DNA of 64,000 nucleotides from Levilinea sp. (GTDB lineage: Bacteria > Chloroflexota > Anaerolineae > Anaerolineales > Anaerolineaceae): the NCBI GenBank assembly GCA_029975215.1, contig JARKPO010000064.1, positions 11,536 to 75,535 of the forward strand. The letters are read 5' to 3'. The position numbers were made by a program, and so were the translations under genes. Below, in pieces: positions 45,155-54,943 of the stretch. Under the pieces are notes generated by a model. The model was not told the DNA's origin. It saw nothing but the letters and a program-made list of their open reading frames with translations, and searched no databases. Every line of letters begins with the position of its first letter. The stretch's first letter is position 1.

Positions 45155-45238
45155 TTTTTCACCCCGCAGCATTGTCTAAATTTGGTTACAAAAGAGTCGC
45201 GTTGACCTGACAGTTTTCCCCGGCTTCCCGCCGATTAA

Positions 45239-45267
45239 TTGACTTTTCACTGCCCCTGTTGTAAAGT
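45239..45267 (+). promoter_or_regulatory. sigma-70 promoter of the tad pseudopilin genes, probably leaderless
   Basis: TTGACT-N17-TAAAGT, ATG 6 nt downstream. Confidence 0.6.
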
Positions 45268-45273
45268 CTAACC

Positions 45274-46134
45274 ATGAAGAAGTTTAATCTTTTTTCATCT
45301 TTCACAAACCGTCTTCGCCCCCCCGCGGGGCCGCCCGCCCAACGCGCCGCGCGCGCGCAGTCATTTGTTGAGCTGGCGTTGATCATCCCTGTGCTCATCC
45401 TGATGCTGCTGGGCATGATGGAAGTGGTCATCTTCATCGGGCGCTACCTCGACATTTTGGATATGACCCGCGAGGCCGCCCGCTTTGCATCCCTACGCGA
45501 CTACGAAGTCTTAGGCTATCTGCCCAGCGCAGACTGCCGCCCTAAAGTGACCATGGACGATGGGCACGGCGGTACGATCACAGTGGAACCCCCCTTCCAT
45601 TTCTACTACCAGACCTCCTGCATCTTCTCACCCCCACAGGGTTCCCCGAACTGCACCGGTCCCACCGACCGCTGGTGCAACGGCGTCAACTCCTATGTGC
45701 GCTTCAACCCCGCCACCGATGACATTGTCATCTCGGTCTATACCATTGAATTCCGCGGCACAGGCCACATCGTCTCCAACACCTGGCCCCAGCCAGATGG
45801 CGTGGCCGATAACGGCGTGGAACGCAACGGTTATTGGGCTTTCTCCGACAACGACAGCGATACCGCCCACAACAGCAATTGGAAATACGACTGCCAGGGC
45901 AATCTGACCCGCACCACCCCCCATGTGGATTACAACGTGGTCAACGATGCCCTGTCGCGCGGCCCTCTGGCCCGCGGCAACAAAGGCTATGTCGCCGTAG
46001 AATTTTATTATTGTTACGACCAGGTGCTGGCTTTGCCCGTGGTCACCGAATTCATCCCTAACCCGGTGAGGATTCATGCTTACACGCTTATGCCGCTCCC
46101 TTCGGCTGCGCCGACCCCAACGCCGCGGCCCTAG
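45274..46134 (+). CDS. TadE-like pseudopilin
   Basis: Basic leader, RAQSFVELALIIPVLILMLLG, REAARFAS. Confidence 0.85.
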   Translation: MKKFNLFSSFTNRLRPPAGPPAQRAARAQSFVELALIIPVLILMLLGMMEVVIFIGRYLDILDMTREAARFASLRDYEVLGYLPSADCRPKVTMDDGHGGTITVEPPFHFYYQTSCIFSPPQGSPNCTGPTDRWCNGVNSYVRFNPATDDIVISVYTIEFRGTGHIVSNTWPQPDGVADNGVERNGYWAFSDNDSDTAHNSNWKYDCQGNLTRTTPHVDYNVVNDALSRGPLARGNKGYVAVEFYYCYDQVLALPVVTEFIPNPVRIHAYTLMPLPSAAPTPTPRP

Positions 46135-48079
46135 CCCACTCATCCGCCGCCTTTCAGAACGCACCGACCGCGCCCAGGTGTTGGTCGTGTTTGCGGTTTC
46201 TCTGCTGGCCCTTATCTTCTTCATCGGCCTGGCCGTAGACGCCGGCGCCATCTATGTGACGTACGGTCAGCTCAAGCGCGCTGTGGATGCGGCCTCAGTG
46301 GCTGCTGCCAACGACTTTAAAAAAGGCTACACCCGCGAGCAGATGGAAGATTCCGCCCGCCAGGTGCTCATCGTCCACCAGGTAGATCTGGACCGTATCA
46401 CCCTCAACGTGTACATCTGTGACAACGACGGCGATGGGGCTCGCGATGCTGACCTGCAAACCAACGTTCCCCAATTCTTTGCCCGCTGCCCCGATACCGC
46501 CAACGGCGAAAGCCCGCGCAAATTCGTTTGGGTGGACGCCAGCATGAAGGCCCCCTTCTACTTCCTCTCCCTGCTCGGCTTTGAATCGGTGGACCTGACC
46601 ACCAACGCCATCTCTGAAGCCGCTCCCGTGGACCTCCTGATCGTGCTGGACATCTCCGAATCAATGGGCGTTGATACCCCCGGTTACATCGTCAACGACT
46701 TTAACCCCGCCGGCTGCAACGCCAACACCGAAACTTACGATGATGACGATAACCCTGCCACGGCAGCCATCCCCATTGTGGGCAACTGCGCCCCGCTGAT
46801 CCAGGCCAAGAAGGCCGCCATCAAGCTGGTGGACACCCTCTACGACGGCTACGATAGTGTATCCGTGGTCACCTTCGACCAGGTCGCCTATCAGGTTCCC
46901 ATCGCCGACACCTACGACATGACTGCCGTCAAGCGGGCCATCGGCGCCATTGCCTTGCACGACGATCCGCCCTACAATCGCCTGTGGGATACCTGGAAAA
47001 ACCCGGGCCGCGTGAACCTGTCGAATCCCGAAGACCGCGACGGAGACGGCGCGGACTATGATAACCCCGCCGTGGTGGGCTACACCTGCCCCAACTTCAC
47101 CGCCAATGACGGCACCGAATTTGGCCCGCCCGAAGAACACTACCTGGACGACCGCTGGTGGCAAACCGGCAACCCAGCCGTGGTTCCCGGCGGCGAAGGC
47201 GCCCCCGACCCCTTTGGCTGGGGCGGTGTACCCTGCGACCGTGACGATAAATTGGACGCCTACGACTGGGACCGCAACGGCAAATGGACCCAGTACGACC
47301 ACGACACCTCGGGGGCCTGGCTGACGGCCAACGACCCTGACGGCGCTGGGCCATTGTCGGTTACCCTTTCGCCCCTGTCCACCTGCACCGGCTGCGGCAT
47401 CCGCGTGGCAGCCAATGTGCTGCGCCAAACCGGCCGGCCCAGCTCGGTGTGGGTCATGGTGCTGCTCTCGGATGGAGCCGTCAACCTCTCCGACACACAC
47501 GTCAACGCGGGTGAGCTGAACGGCGAGGATGTCATCCCCTCCTGGTTCCCGATGGGCTTCTGCACCGGCCGCCTGTACGGCCCCTGCGTCAAAGACTTCG
47601 GTGTTGGTGCCGAGGACGGCACCGCCACAGACGGCTACTGGTGTTCCGCCTGCCAGGATAACTTCAAATCCACCCGCTACTGTGTGGATCACGAAGAAGA
47701 GACCTGCCCGGATGATACGACCTGGATCGGCGATACCTGGACGCCCAACACCCTGCAAAAACGCTACAGCGTGTACGATTACGCCCTGGACATGACCGAT
47801 GAGGCCGCCCTGACCCGCTCGACAAAATTGACTGAACCGGCGGGCAACGACATCGCCATCTATTCCATTGGCCTGGGCGCGGCCAGCAGCGGCGCAGACC
47901 TGCTGCGCTACCTGGCCGCTGTGGGGGATGACGGCGACCGCACCACCGACCCCTGCGCGCCCTATGCCAATAACCCCACTCGCGACTGCGGGCAGTACTA
48001 CTTTGCGGACACCAGCTACGAGCTGCAAGAGATCTTCGAAGATATCGCCAGCCGTATTTACACCCGGATCACGGACTAA
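46076..48079 (+). CDS. TadG-like pilus protein with Tad N-terminus and split vWA domain
   Basis: RAQVLVVFA...GLAVDAG...LKRAVDAAS; LIVLDISESM MIDAS; VLLSDG; IYSIGLG. GAGG RBS before ATG 46076, overlapping the upstream gene by 59 nt. Confidence 0.85.
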   Translation: MLTRLCRSLRLRRPQRRGPSPLIRRLSERTDRAQVLVVFAVSLLALIFFIGLAVDAGAIYVTYGQLKRAVDAASVAAANDFKKGYTREQMEDSARQVLIVHQVDLDRITLNVYICDNDGDGARDADLQTNVPQFFARCPDTANGESPRKFVWVDASMKAPFYFLSLLGFESVDLTTNAISEAAPVDLLIVLDISESMGVDTPGYIVNDFNPAGCNANTETYDDDDNPATAAIPIVGNCAPLIQAKKAAIKLVDTLYDGYDSVSVVTFDQVAYQVPIADTYDMTAVKRAIGAIALHDDPPYNRLWDTWKNPGRVNLSNPEDRDGDGADYDNPAVVGYTCPNFTANDGTEFGPPEEHYLDDRWWQTGNPAVVPGGEGAPDPFGWGGVPCDRDDKLDAYDWDRNGKWTQYDHDTSGAWLTANDPDGAGPLSVTLSPLSTCTGCGIRVAANVLRQTGRPSSVWVMVLLSDGAVNLSDTHVNAGELNGEDVIPSWFPMGFCTGRLYGPCVKDFGVGAEDGTATDGYWCSACQDNFKSTRYCVDHEEETCPDDTTWIGDTWTPNTLQKRYSVYDYALDMTDEAALTRSTKLTEPAGNDIAIYSIGLGAASSGADLLRYLAAVGDDGDRTTDPCAPYANNPTRDCGQYYFADTSYELQEIFEDIASRIYTRITD

Positions 48080-48092
48080 GAGGGAGGGTCAT

Positions 48093-50294
48093 ATGCCCCC
48101 AATTCAAAAAGCCTTTCTCAAGCTGCAAAACCGCTACCGCTCCCGCCCCGCTCAGGGTATGGTGGAATTCGCCCTGGCTCTGCCGATTTTGCTGCTGCTC
48201 ACCTTCGGGACCATTGAGTTTGGCCGTCTGCTTCAGGCCTGGCTGGCTCTGGAAAACGGCGCCCGCTTTGGCGTACGCTACGCCGTGACCGGCAGTTACA
48301 ACCCCGAATACTGCAATGAGGCCGCCGCGGCCCTGGGGCTGGAGACCGAAGACGGCCTGGACGGCAGCCTGAACTGCAAGGTCCCCGATAAATATCCCGT
48401 CGGTCATCCCAAAGCCGGTCAGGATGTACCCCACGCCGAAGAACTGACCAACCGCCTGATTGACTGGGCGCGCTTGCCCTCTATGCGCGACGCCACCATC
48501 TCCGGAGCCACCGGCATCGCCTGGAGCCCCGACACCGCCGTTTCCGGCGACTACCTGGGTTTCCTGAATGGGGCTTACGGCGCCACCAAAACCTGCACCG
48601 ACGGTTCCGGCAACACTGTGCCTTGCACGAATTTCCGCGGCGACCCCAGCCAACCCGGCTATTTCAACATCTCATCCTGCTCCAACCGCGTTTACTCCAT
48701 TGACGACTATAACCCCTTCAGCGATGACGGCGGCAGCTTTCGCTTTAACAGCAACGCCTTCTACCTGAACCCCTACGCCCCCAACCCGCTGCCCGCCGAC
48801 AAACAGGCTCTCTACCGCTTTCCTACCTACTGCGAACTGGTGGACGATGACGGCAACTCCATTGTCCGCTATGTAGACGACGCTGGCGGCCCAGGCGACC
48901 GCGTGCGCATCGTCCTCACCTACCGCCACACCCTCATCACTCCCTTCCTCAGCTCCTGGTGGCCCACCCTGCTGTTGACCTCCGAACGCGAAGGCATCGT
49001 GGAAAAATTCCGCACCTCGCGCGTCACCGGCCTCACCGGCGCTGTGGCCCAGGCGGCCACGTGGACCTTCACCCCCAGCGTCACCATGACACCCACCACC
49101 ACGCTGACCCCCACGGTCACCCTGACCCCCACCGTCACGCGCACGCCCACGCGCACCCCCACCCGCACCGTCACGCGCACCCCCACCAACACCCCTCAGC
49201 CCTCCTGCGACATGTTGGATTTCGGTGATCCTGATGATCCTAACATGGATCTGGATGTGGCCTTGAACGCGGTGTGGATTTTTGCCAACAACACGGGCAA
49301 CTTCCCCGTCATCCTCACCGGTTCCAAAACCGAATGGCTGGAGAACTGGCACACCGTCCCGGCGGATTCGCGCAACATCAACAAGAACACCCGCTACGGC
49401 TGGTATTCTGGCTCCACCAATTACTTCTGGACCCTACCCACCGGCAGCCAGGTCAGCCTGAACAACGCCCCCATGAACTGGACACACAACTACGCCACCA
49501 CCAAGACCATCAACCCCGGCGACAGCGGTCAGCTGATGGTGGGCTTCAACAGCAACTTTGAGCAGTCCTCCTTTGCGTCGCCCAAAAAGCCAACGGATAA
49601 GTTTAACTATTATCACGGCGACGATTGGCGCGTCACCGTCTATTACCGGGTGGGCGGCCTGGACTGTCAGGAAACCGTCACCGGTTACCCCGGCCCCACC
49701 TTTGACCCCGAATTGATCGGTTCCGCGGGCCGGTTTGCGGTCAATGCCCACACCCGCGGCTACAACCCCGCCAACGGGCAAATGGAGGAAAGCCGCATCA
49801 CTTATACCTATTACACCGTCCTGGACGCAGCCGGCACCATGCTGCACTACACGCGCGAAGGCAGCGCCCCCTGGTGCATCTTCGGCGACAGCGGCGGGAA
49901 CTGCACCACCAAACGCATCTACGTGGATAAGTGGAGCGAAGGTGCGGTGATCGAACCCGGCACCTACTATCTGCACCTCATCGGCCGCGACAAAAGCTCC
50001 GCCGCCTACGCCACCCATATCATCTACACCCTGATCGTGCAGGAGGCCAACACCCCCACCGTCACGCGCACCTCAGCGCCCACCCGCACGCGCACCATCA
50101 CCCCGCTGCCCTCCATCACGCGCACCATCACGCGCACGGGCACGGCCACCACCATCCCCACGCGCACGGTGACGCGCACCATCACCCCCATCCCCTCCAT
50201 CACGCGCACGCCCACGCGCACGCGCACTCAGCCGCCCTCGTCCACCCCCACCCTGTGCCAGACCCCCATCGAAATGGGCGGCTGCCAGAACTAA
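48093..50294 (+). CDS. TadE-like protein with large extracellular domains and Thr-rich linkers
   Basis: PAQGMVEFALALPILLLL...ENGARFGVRYA; two TPTxT/TRT repeat tracts. Confidence 0.85.
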   Translation: MPPIQKAFLKLQNRYRSRPAQGMVEFALALPILLLLTFGTIEFGRLLQAWLALENGARFGVRYAVTGSYNPEYCNEAAAALGLETEDGLDGSLNCKVPDKYPVGHPKAGQDVPHAEELTNRLIDWARLPSMRDATISGATGIAWSPDTAVSGDYLGFLNGAYGATKTCTDGSGNTVPCTNFRGDPSQPGYFNISSCSNRVYSIDDYNPFSDDGGSFRFNSNAFYLNPYAPNPLPADKQALYRFPTYCELVDDDGNSIVRYVDDAGGPGDRVRIVLTYRHTLITPFLSSWWPTLLLTSEREGIVEKFRTSRVTGLTGAVAQAATWTFTPSVTMTPTTTLTPTVTLTPTVTRTPTRTPTRTVTRTPTNTPQPSCDMLDFGDPDDPNMDLDVALNAVWIFANNTGNFPVILTGSKTEWLENWHTVPADSRNINKNTRYGWYSGSTNYFWTLPTGSQVSLNNAPMNWTHNYATTKTINPGDSGQLMVGFNSNFEQSSFASPKKPTDKFNYYHGDDWRVTVYYRVGGLDCQETVTGYPGPTFDPELIGSAGRFAVNAHTRGYNPANGQMEESRITYTYYTVLDAAGTMLHYTREGSAPWCIFGDSGGNCTTKRIYVDKWSEGAVIEPGTYYLHLIGRDKSSAAYATHIIYTLIVQEANTPTVTRTSAPTRTRTITPLPSITRTITRTGTATTIPTRTVTRTITPIPSITRTPTRTRTQPPSSTPTLCQTPIEMGGCQN

Positions 50295-50307
50295 GCTGAT
50301 CCAATAC

Positions 50308-50342
50308 GCCGCCGTCCAGTCGAATGGACGGCGGCTTTTTTT
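50308..50342 (+). terminator. Intrinsic terminator after the tad genes
   Basis: GCCGCCGTCCA-GTCGAA-TGGACGGCGGC followed by T7. Confidence 0.9.
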
Positions 50343-50355
50343 CGCCTGCCGCCTC

Positions 50356-51273
50356 ATGACGACCCCAATTCGCCCTTCGTCCGCCTTTTCGATGCCCCCC
50401 ACGCTGCGCGGGGCGGCTGCCCTGCTGCTGGCTTTGGGCGGGCTAGGCCTGGGTTGGTGGGCGCTGCGCCTGTGGGTCAACGACCCCGTCCGACCCGTTG
50501 AATCCAAGATCGGCGCCATCGCCGCCGCGGCCCTGCTTTCGCTGCTCTTGGGGCTGGCTGGTCTGCGCCGCGCCCTGCCCGCCCTGCAGAAGCGCACCGC
50601 CGCGCCGCGCTGGAGCGTTCTGTGGTGGCTGACCTGCGCCTATCTGCCCGCCTGGCTGGCCTTCACCCTGCCGGAAATGCTCGTCCTTCTGCGTCAGCGC
50701 CCCGCCAGCCTGGGGCTGCTGCGCGTGGTGGGGCCGCCCGGCCTGGCCGCCGGTCAGCCCGAAGCCTTCCTGTGGCAAGGCCTGGTGCTGGCGTTGGGTT
50801 TGCTCCTGCCGCGCCTAAGGCGCCCGTCCTGGCCGCCCCGTCCCCGTCTGGAAAGCCTGGCGGTAGGGCTTCTGGGCGGCATGGCCCTATGGCTGGGCTG
50901 CGCCTTCCTGCTTGGTTTACTGCTGGCTCCCTTTCAGGGGCTGTTTGCCCCCCTCTCCGCGCCCCTGGCCCCCACCCTGCGCCTGCTGCTGGCCGTCATC
51001 GGCTGTCTGGCGGCCCCCTGGGCGCTGGAAAGCACTTTCCGCCTGCCCGGCTCCCCTTTACAGGCAGCCTTCCCCCTGCGCCGCCCCGCCCTGAGCATCG
51101 CCCTGGTTTACGCCCTGCTGCAAGCTCGGCCGCTGCTGTTCCTGCCCGCCTTCGGCTTCAGCCTGGGTCTCTCCCTGCTGGCGCAGCGCACGCAGGGCCG
51201 CGCGCCGGTCATCCTGGCGCACGCCGTGTTTAACCTGCTCATGCTGGTGGTTCATCCAGAACTGCTGCTTTAA
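50356..51273 (+). CDS. CPBP (Abi/CAAX) family membrane protein with degenerate motifs
   Basis: Multi-TM; ESTFR at the EExxFR position and AHAVFN (HxxxN). Confidence 0.6.
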   Translation: MTTPIRPSSAFSMPPTLRGAAALLLALGGLGLGWWALRLWVNDPVRPVESKIGAIAAAALLSLLLGLAGLRRALPALQKRTAAPRWSVLWWLTCAYLPAWLAFTLPEMLVLLRQRPASLGLLRVVGPPGLAAGQPEAFLWQGLVLALGLLLPRLRRPSWPPRPRLESLAVGLLGGMALWLGCAFLLGLLLAPFQGLFAPLSAPLAPTLRLLLAVIGCLAAPWALESTFRLPGSPLQAAFPLRRPALSIALVYALLQARPLLFLPAFGFSLGLSLLAQRTQGRAPVILAHAVFNLLMLVVHPELLL

Positions 51274-51283
51274 TCCCCCGCGC

Positions 51284-53305
51284 TCAGCGCAGCCGCCGCA
51301 CCGTCACCGCCCCCACCCGCAGCCAGCCCTGGCCGCTGTAAACCAGCCGCCAGCACAGATGCTCACCCGCCCCCACCAAAACGCGCACCGCGGGGGTCTG
51401 CCCTTCCCCCGGCGCCAACCCACCCCCCTGGCTGCCCGCCGCGGTTTCGGCCTCCCAGCGCGCCTGGGGATCCCCGCTGGCATAGTCCGCCCCCACCTCA
51501 TACTCTCCCGCAGGCACGCTCACATCTAAGATCACCAGCGCTCCAGCCGGGCCGTGCCCCTCGCGCACCTGCCGCCCCATCCCCACGCGGTCGCCCGTCT
51601 CTGAAGCTAACTGTGCCGCCGAAAACATGAAAAACTCGCCTGCCGCCTCAAAGCGCGCAAAGGCCGGGTGTCCCCAAAACTGCTCCTGAAAATCAGCGTT
51701 CTCCGGCCGGTCGTAGAACAGCACCCGCGACTCCGCCTCCCCCTCCTCGCCCGCACAGGTGAACACCGCCTGAGGCGGGCCAAAGCGCGCCCGCAGCAGG
51801 CCCTCATCCAGCCGTGCAGGCCAGTTTGGGTCGGTATCCACCACGGCGTAGGTGAAGCGCTGGCGGTAATCGTTAAAATTATGGATCCACGCCTGGGCCG
51901 AAAAGTCCGACTGCACCGGCACCAGCCGCGCCCCGCCCTGCGAAAATAACCGCAGCGGCCGCGCCTGCCAATAATCCGCCAGCCCCCAGCCGGGCACGCC
52001 GCCCTCCGCCGCACGCACCGCCAGGGCCGCATCCACACAGGCCGATTCCGCCGGCCGCCAGCGCAAAAAAGCCCCCATCTGCCCCCAGCCGCCCAAATAA
52101 GTCAGCCCCGCCAGGCAGGTCACCCCCGCCAAAAGGGTCATCGCGCTGCGCAGGCGCTCCTCTGGGCTGCGCTGACGCGCGCAGGTTCCCGCCGATAGGG
52201 GAATATGCACCGGCCAGCCCACAAAGCCCCACACAAAGAACACCGGCAGCATCACCCCCGCCAGAATCTGCCGTTCCACCGTGCTTCCGCTCAGCACCGG
52301 AATCAGAGCGCAGGCGGCCACCACCACCCCCAGCAGGAAGAGGCGCGTCACCAACTCCACCACCAGGGCCTCCGGATGGCGTTCCAGGCGTGCCCCGCGG
52401 TGCACTTCCCGCGTCAGCTCCGGCAGCCGCCACACCACCGCCCACATCCCCGCCAGCCACAGCACCGCCAGTAGAATCTGTTGGCTGCCCGTGCGCAGTG
52501 CCCAACTGGCCAAACGCGCCAACCCCTGCGCATGCCAGCCCCAATAAGGGGTCAGCTCCGCAGCGCCCGCCCCCCACAGCAGCGTTTGCGCTCCCACCCC
52601 CACTGCCGCCGCCGCAGCCGTCACCCCCGCCGCGGGCAGCCAGCGCCGCCAGCCCAGCCGCCCCACCACCGCCGTCAGCACCAGGCTCCCTGCCGCCGGG
52701 GCCGCAAACACCAGCACAAAGAGCGGGTCGGAGGCCGTCAGCGCCGTCACCAGCAGCCCCAAACCGGCCAAAGCCCAGCCTGCGCGCCGCGGACGGGTGC
52801 GCACCAGCCGCAGCACCAGCGCCAGCCCAGCCCCCATGCCCACCAGCAGACTGAAGTGATGCCCGCTCACCAGCATGGGCGACCACAGCCAATAGCGGCC
52901 GCTGGCCAACAGCACCAGCGCCAGCCCCACCGCCAGCGGGAACCAGTTCGGCGCGCCGTCCCCCGCCCGCGCCGCCGCCCGCCAGGCCAAAGTCAGGGCC
53001 AAAGCCTGCAAGCCGCCGTACAGCAAAGTCGCCAGGCGAAAATCGCCCAGCGACTGGATCAACAACCCAACCACCACAGCATCCGGAAAAATCGACGGCG
53101 CCGGTGGGAAGCGCCACCCGCTCAAATCGACGCCCGCCGCCCAATCCTGTACCAAAGCAGGGAGATAAAGTGCATCGGAATTGAACAGCAGGAATTTGGG
53201 GATGACCCCGCTGGCTGCGCGCGCCCACACCGCCAGCACGCCCAGGCCCAGCGCCCCCCACACCAGTCCCACCAGCCAGTTCCGGCCCCCGTCCTCCGCT
53301 TTCAC
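51284..53305 (-). CDS. Polytopic membrane protein, GT-C-like glycosyltransferase candidate
   Basis: FNSDALY, W.FPPAPSIFPD, SDPLF, ADYWQAR; many TM helices. GTG start with AGGGAG RBS. Confidence 0.55.
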   Translation of the reverse strand: MKAEDGGRNWLVGLVWGALGLGVLAVWARAASGVIPKFLLFNSDALYLPALVQDWAAGVDLSGWRFPPAPSIFPDAVVVGLLIQSLGDFRLATLLYGGLQALALTLAWRAAARAGDGAPNWFPLAVGLALVLLASGRYWLWSPMLVSGHHFSLLVGMGAGLALVLRLVRTRPRRAGWALAGLGLLVTALTASDPLFVLVFAAPAAGSLVLTAVVGRLGWRRWLPAAGVTAAAAAVGVGAQTLLWGAGAAELTPYWGWHAQGLARLASWALRTGSQQILLAVLWLAGMWAVVWRLPELTREVHRGARLERHPEALVVELVTRLFLLGVVVAACALIPVLSGSTVERQILAGVMLPVFFVWGFVGWPVHIPLSAGTCARQRSPEERLRSAMTLLAGVTCLAGLTYLGGWGQMGAFLRWRPAESACVDAALAVRAAEGGVPGWGLADYWQARPLRLFSQGGARLVPVQSDFSAQAWIHNFNDYRQRFTYAVVDTDPNWPARLDEGLLRARFGPPQAVFTCAGEEGEAESRVLFYDRPENADFQEQFWGHPAFARFEAAGEFFMFSAAQLASETGDRVGMGRQVREGHGPAGALVILDVSVPAGEYEVGADYASGDPQARWEAETAAGSQGGGLAPGEGQTPAVRVLVGAGEHLCWRLVYSGQGWLRVGAVTVRRLR

Positions 53306-53315
53306 CGCCGCTCCC

Positions 53316-53477
53316 TTAGCTCTCGTCCTCTTTTTGATCGAGGGAAAGCAGCAGCCCCTCATCCTGGTGCAGGTTGTGCGTGCGCACGATCAGGCTGATG
53401 ATGTATCCCAGGGTCACGCCAAAAATCACCGCATAACCAGCGATCAAATACGACATGGTATTCAGCGTTTCTTCCAT
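53316..53477 (-). CDS. ccmD: Heme exporter protein D-like (53 aa)
   Basis: Not in ORF track. MEETLNTMSYLIAGYAVIFGVTLGYIISLIVRTHNLHQDE...: single TM plus charged tail, directly after ccmC. Confidence 0.75.
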   Translation of the reverse strand: MEETLNTMSYLIAGYAVIFGVTLGYIISLIVRTHNLHQDEGLLLSLDQKEDES

Positions 53478-53498
53478 CTCAGGCTGTCCTTTCTGGCC

Positions 53499-54206
53499 CT
53501 AGGCCCCGCCCAACTTGAGTTTTAACTGCTCCACCCGGTTGGCCAGCTTGCCCAGTCGGATGCGGTGCCAGAAGATGTCCACAAACAGCACCGACCAGGT
53601 GATCAGGCTGAACATGAACACCTGGGTCATCTTGGGCGTCATCGAAAAGGCGCCTTCCGCCCCGGGCACATCTCCGCCGTTGCCAATCACCACCGGGTGA
53701 ATGGTGCGGAAGATGCGGATGGACAAAAAGGTCATCGGCACGCTGATGAAGGCCACAATGGCGTACACCGCCCCAAAGCGCGCCCGCCGGTCAGGTTCTT
53801 CAATCCCCTGGCGCAGCATCAGGTAGGCCGCGTAAGCCAGTTCCATGATGGTGGCGGTGGTCAGGCGTGGGTCCCAGGTCCACCAGGTTCCCCAAATGGG
53901 CCGCGCCCAGATGGAGCCAGTGATGATGTTGATCAGCATGAAGGCCATGCCAATCTCCACCCCGGCCAGGCCGATGATGTCCCATTGGGCGTCATGCGTG
54001 CGCAGGTAGGCCACCCCCGCCGCCAGCGCCGCCAAAAAGCCCAGCATGCCCACCCAACCCGCAGCCACATGGAAATAAAACACCTTCTGCACAGCCCCCA
54101 TCACGCGCTCGGTGGGAGCATAAAAGAACACCGCCAGGGTCGCCGCGGCCATCAGCACCCCTGTCACCACATCCAAAACACTCAGCAATTTTGGCTTTGC
54201 GTCCAT
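53499..54206 (-). CDS. ccmC: Heme exporter protein C
   Basis: FYFHV, TGSIWARPIWGTWWTWDPRLT (WWD motif), RTIHP. Confidence 0.95.
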   Translation of the reverse strand: MDAKPKLLSVLDVVTGVLMAAATLAVFFYAPTERVMGAVQKVFYFHVAAGWVGMLGFLAALAAGVAYLRTHDAQWDIIGLAGVEIGMAFMLINIITGSIWARPIWGTWWTWDPRLTTATIMELAYAAYLMLRQGIEEPDRRARFGAVYAIVAFISVPMTFLSIRIFRTIHPVVIGNGGDVPGAEGAFSMTPKMTQVFMFSLITWSVLFVDIFWHRIRLGKLANRVEQLKLKLGGA

Positions 54207-54268
54207 GCGTACCTCCAAGAAGGGTGATACCATCCAGGGCCGCTCACCGCCCGTAGGAATGGCTGATG

Positions 54269-54943
54269 CTATTCCTCCACCACCGCTTCAAACACCATAA
54301 AAGCGACGGATATAAACACCACATCGTACACAATCATCAAATTCAGCCAGGGGCAAATCTCATCCATGGGCACGGCCTGTAAAAACCCGCTGCTGGCCTT
54401 CACCGCCGCCACCAGCAGCGGAATGAGCACCGGAAAGAGCAGAATGGGCAGCAGGATGTCGCGCGTACGCGCCTGCACGGCCATCGAAGCCAGCAGCGTG
54501 CCCACGCTGACATACCCCAGCGAGCCCAGCGCCACCACCGCCCACAGCCCCGGCTGCATCAGGTTCACCGAATACAGCACACTGTACACCGGCATCACAA
54601 TCAGCGCCACCGCCAGCATGAACACCAGGTTCGAGAGCATCTTGCCAAAGTACAGCGCGGTGCGGTCCACCGGAGCCAGCAGCAGCCCATCCAAACAGCC
54701 GCGGTCTTTTTCCGCCGCCATCGAGCGGTTCAACCCCAGCGTGCCTGCAAACGAGAACGTCACCCACAGCACCCCGGCCGTCACTGAACTGCGCGTGGCG
54801 GGGCTTAACTCCAGCGCAAAATTAAAGATGAACACCACCAGCAGGGCAAAGACCAGCATGCCGGAGATCATCTCGCGGCTGCGCCATTCCGCGGCCAGAT
54901 CTTTCCACACAATCGCGCCCATCGTGCGCAGGAAGGGTTTCAT
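54269..54943 (-). CDS. ccmB: Heme exporter protein B
   Basis: WKDL..EWRSRE, EKDRGCLDGL, LLPILLFP. Confidence 0.93.
   Translation of the reverse strand: MKPFLRTMGAIVWKDLAAEWRSREMISGMLVFALLVVFIFNFALELSPATRSSVTAGVLWVTFSFAGTLGLNRSMAAEKDRGCLDGLLLAPVDRTALYFGKMLSNLVFMLAVALIVMPVYSVLYSVNLMQPGLWAVVALGSLGYVSVGTLLASMAVQARTRDILLPILLFPVLIPLLVAAVKASSGFLQAVPMDEICPWLNLMIVYDVVFISVAFMVFEAVVEE

Noticed and set aside
49075-50255. Tandem ACC/ACG-rich repeats as a DNA-level repeat element
   Set aside because: Explained by two Thr/Pro/Arg low-complexity linkers within the TadE-like CDS.
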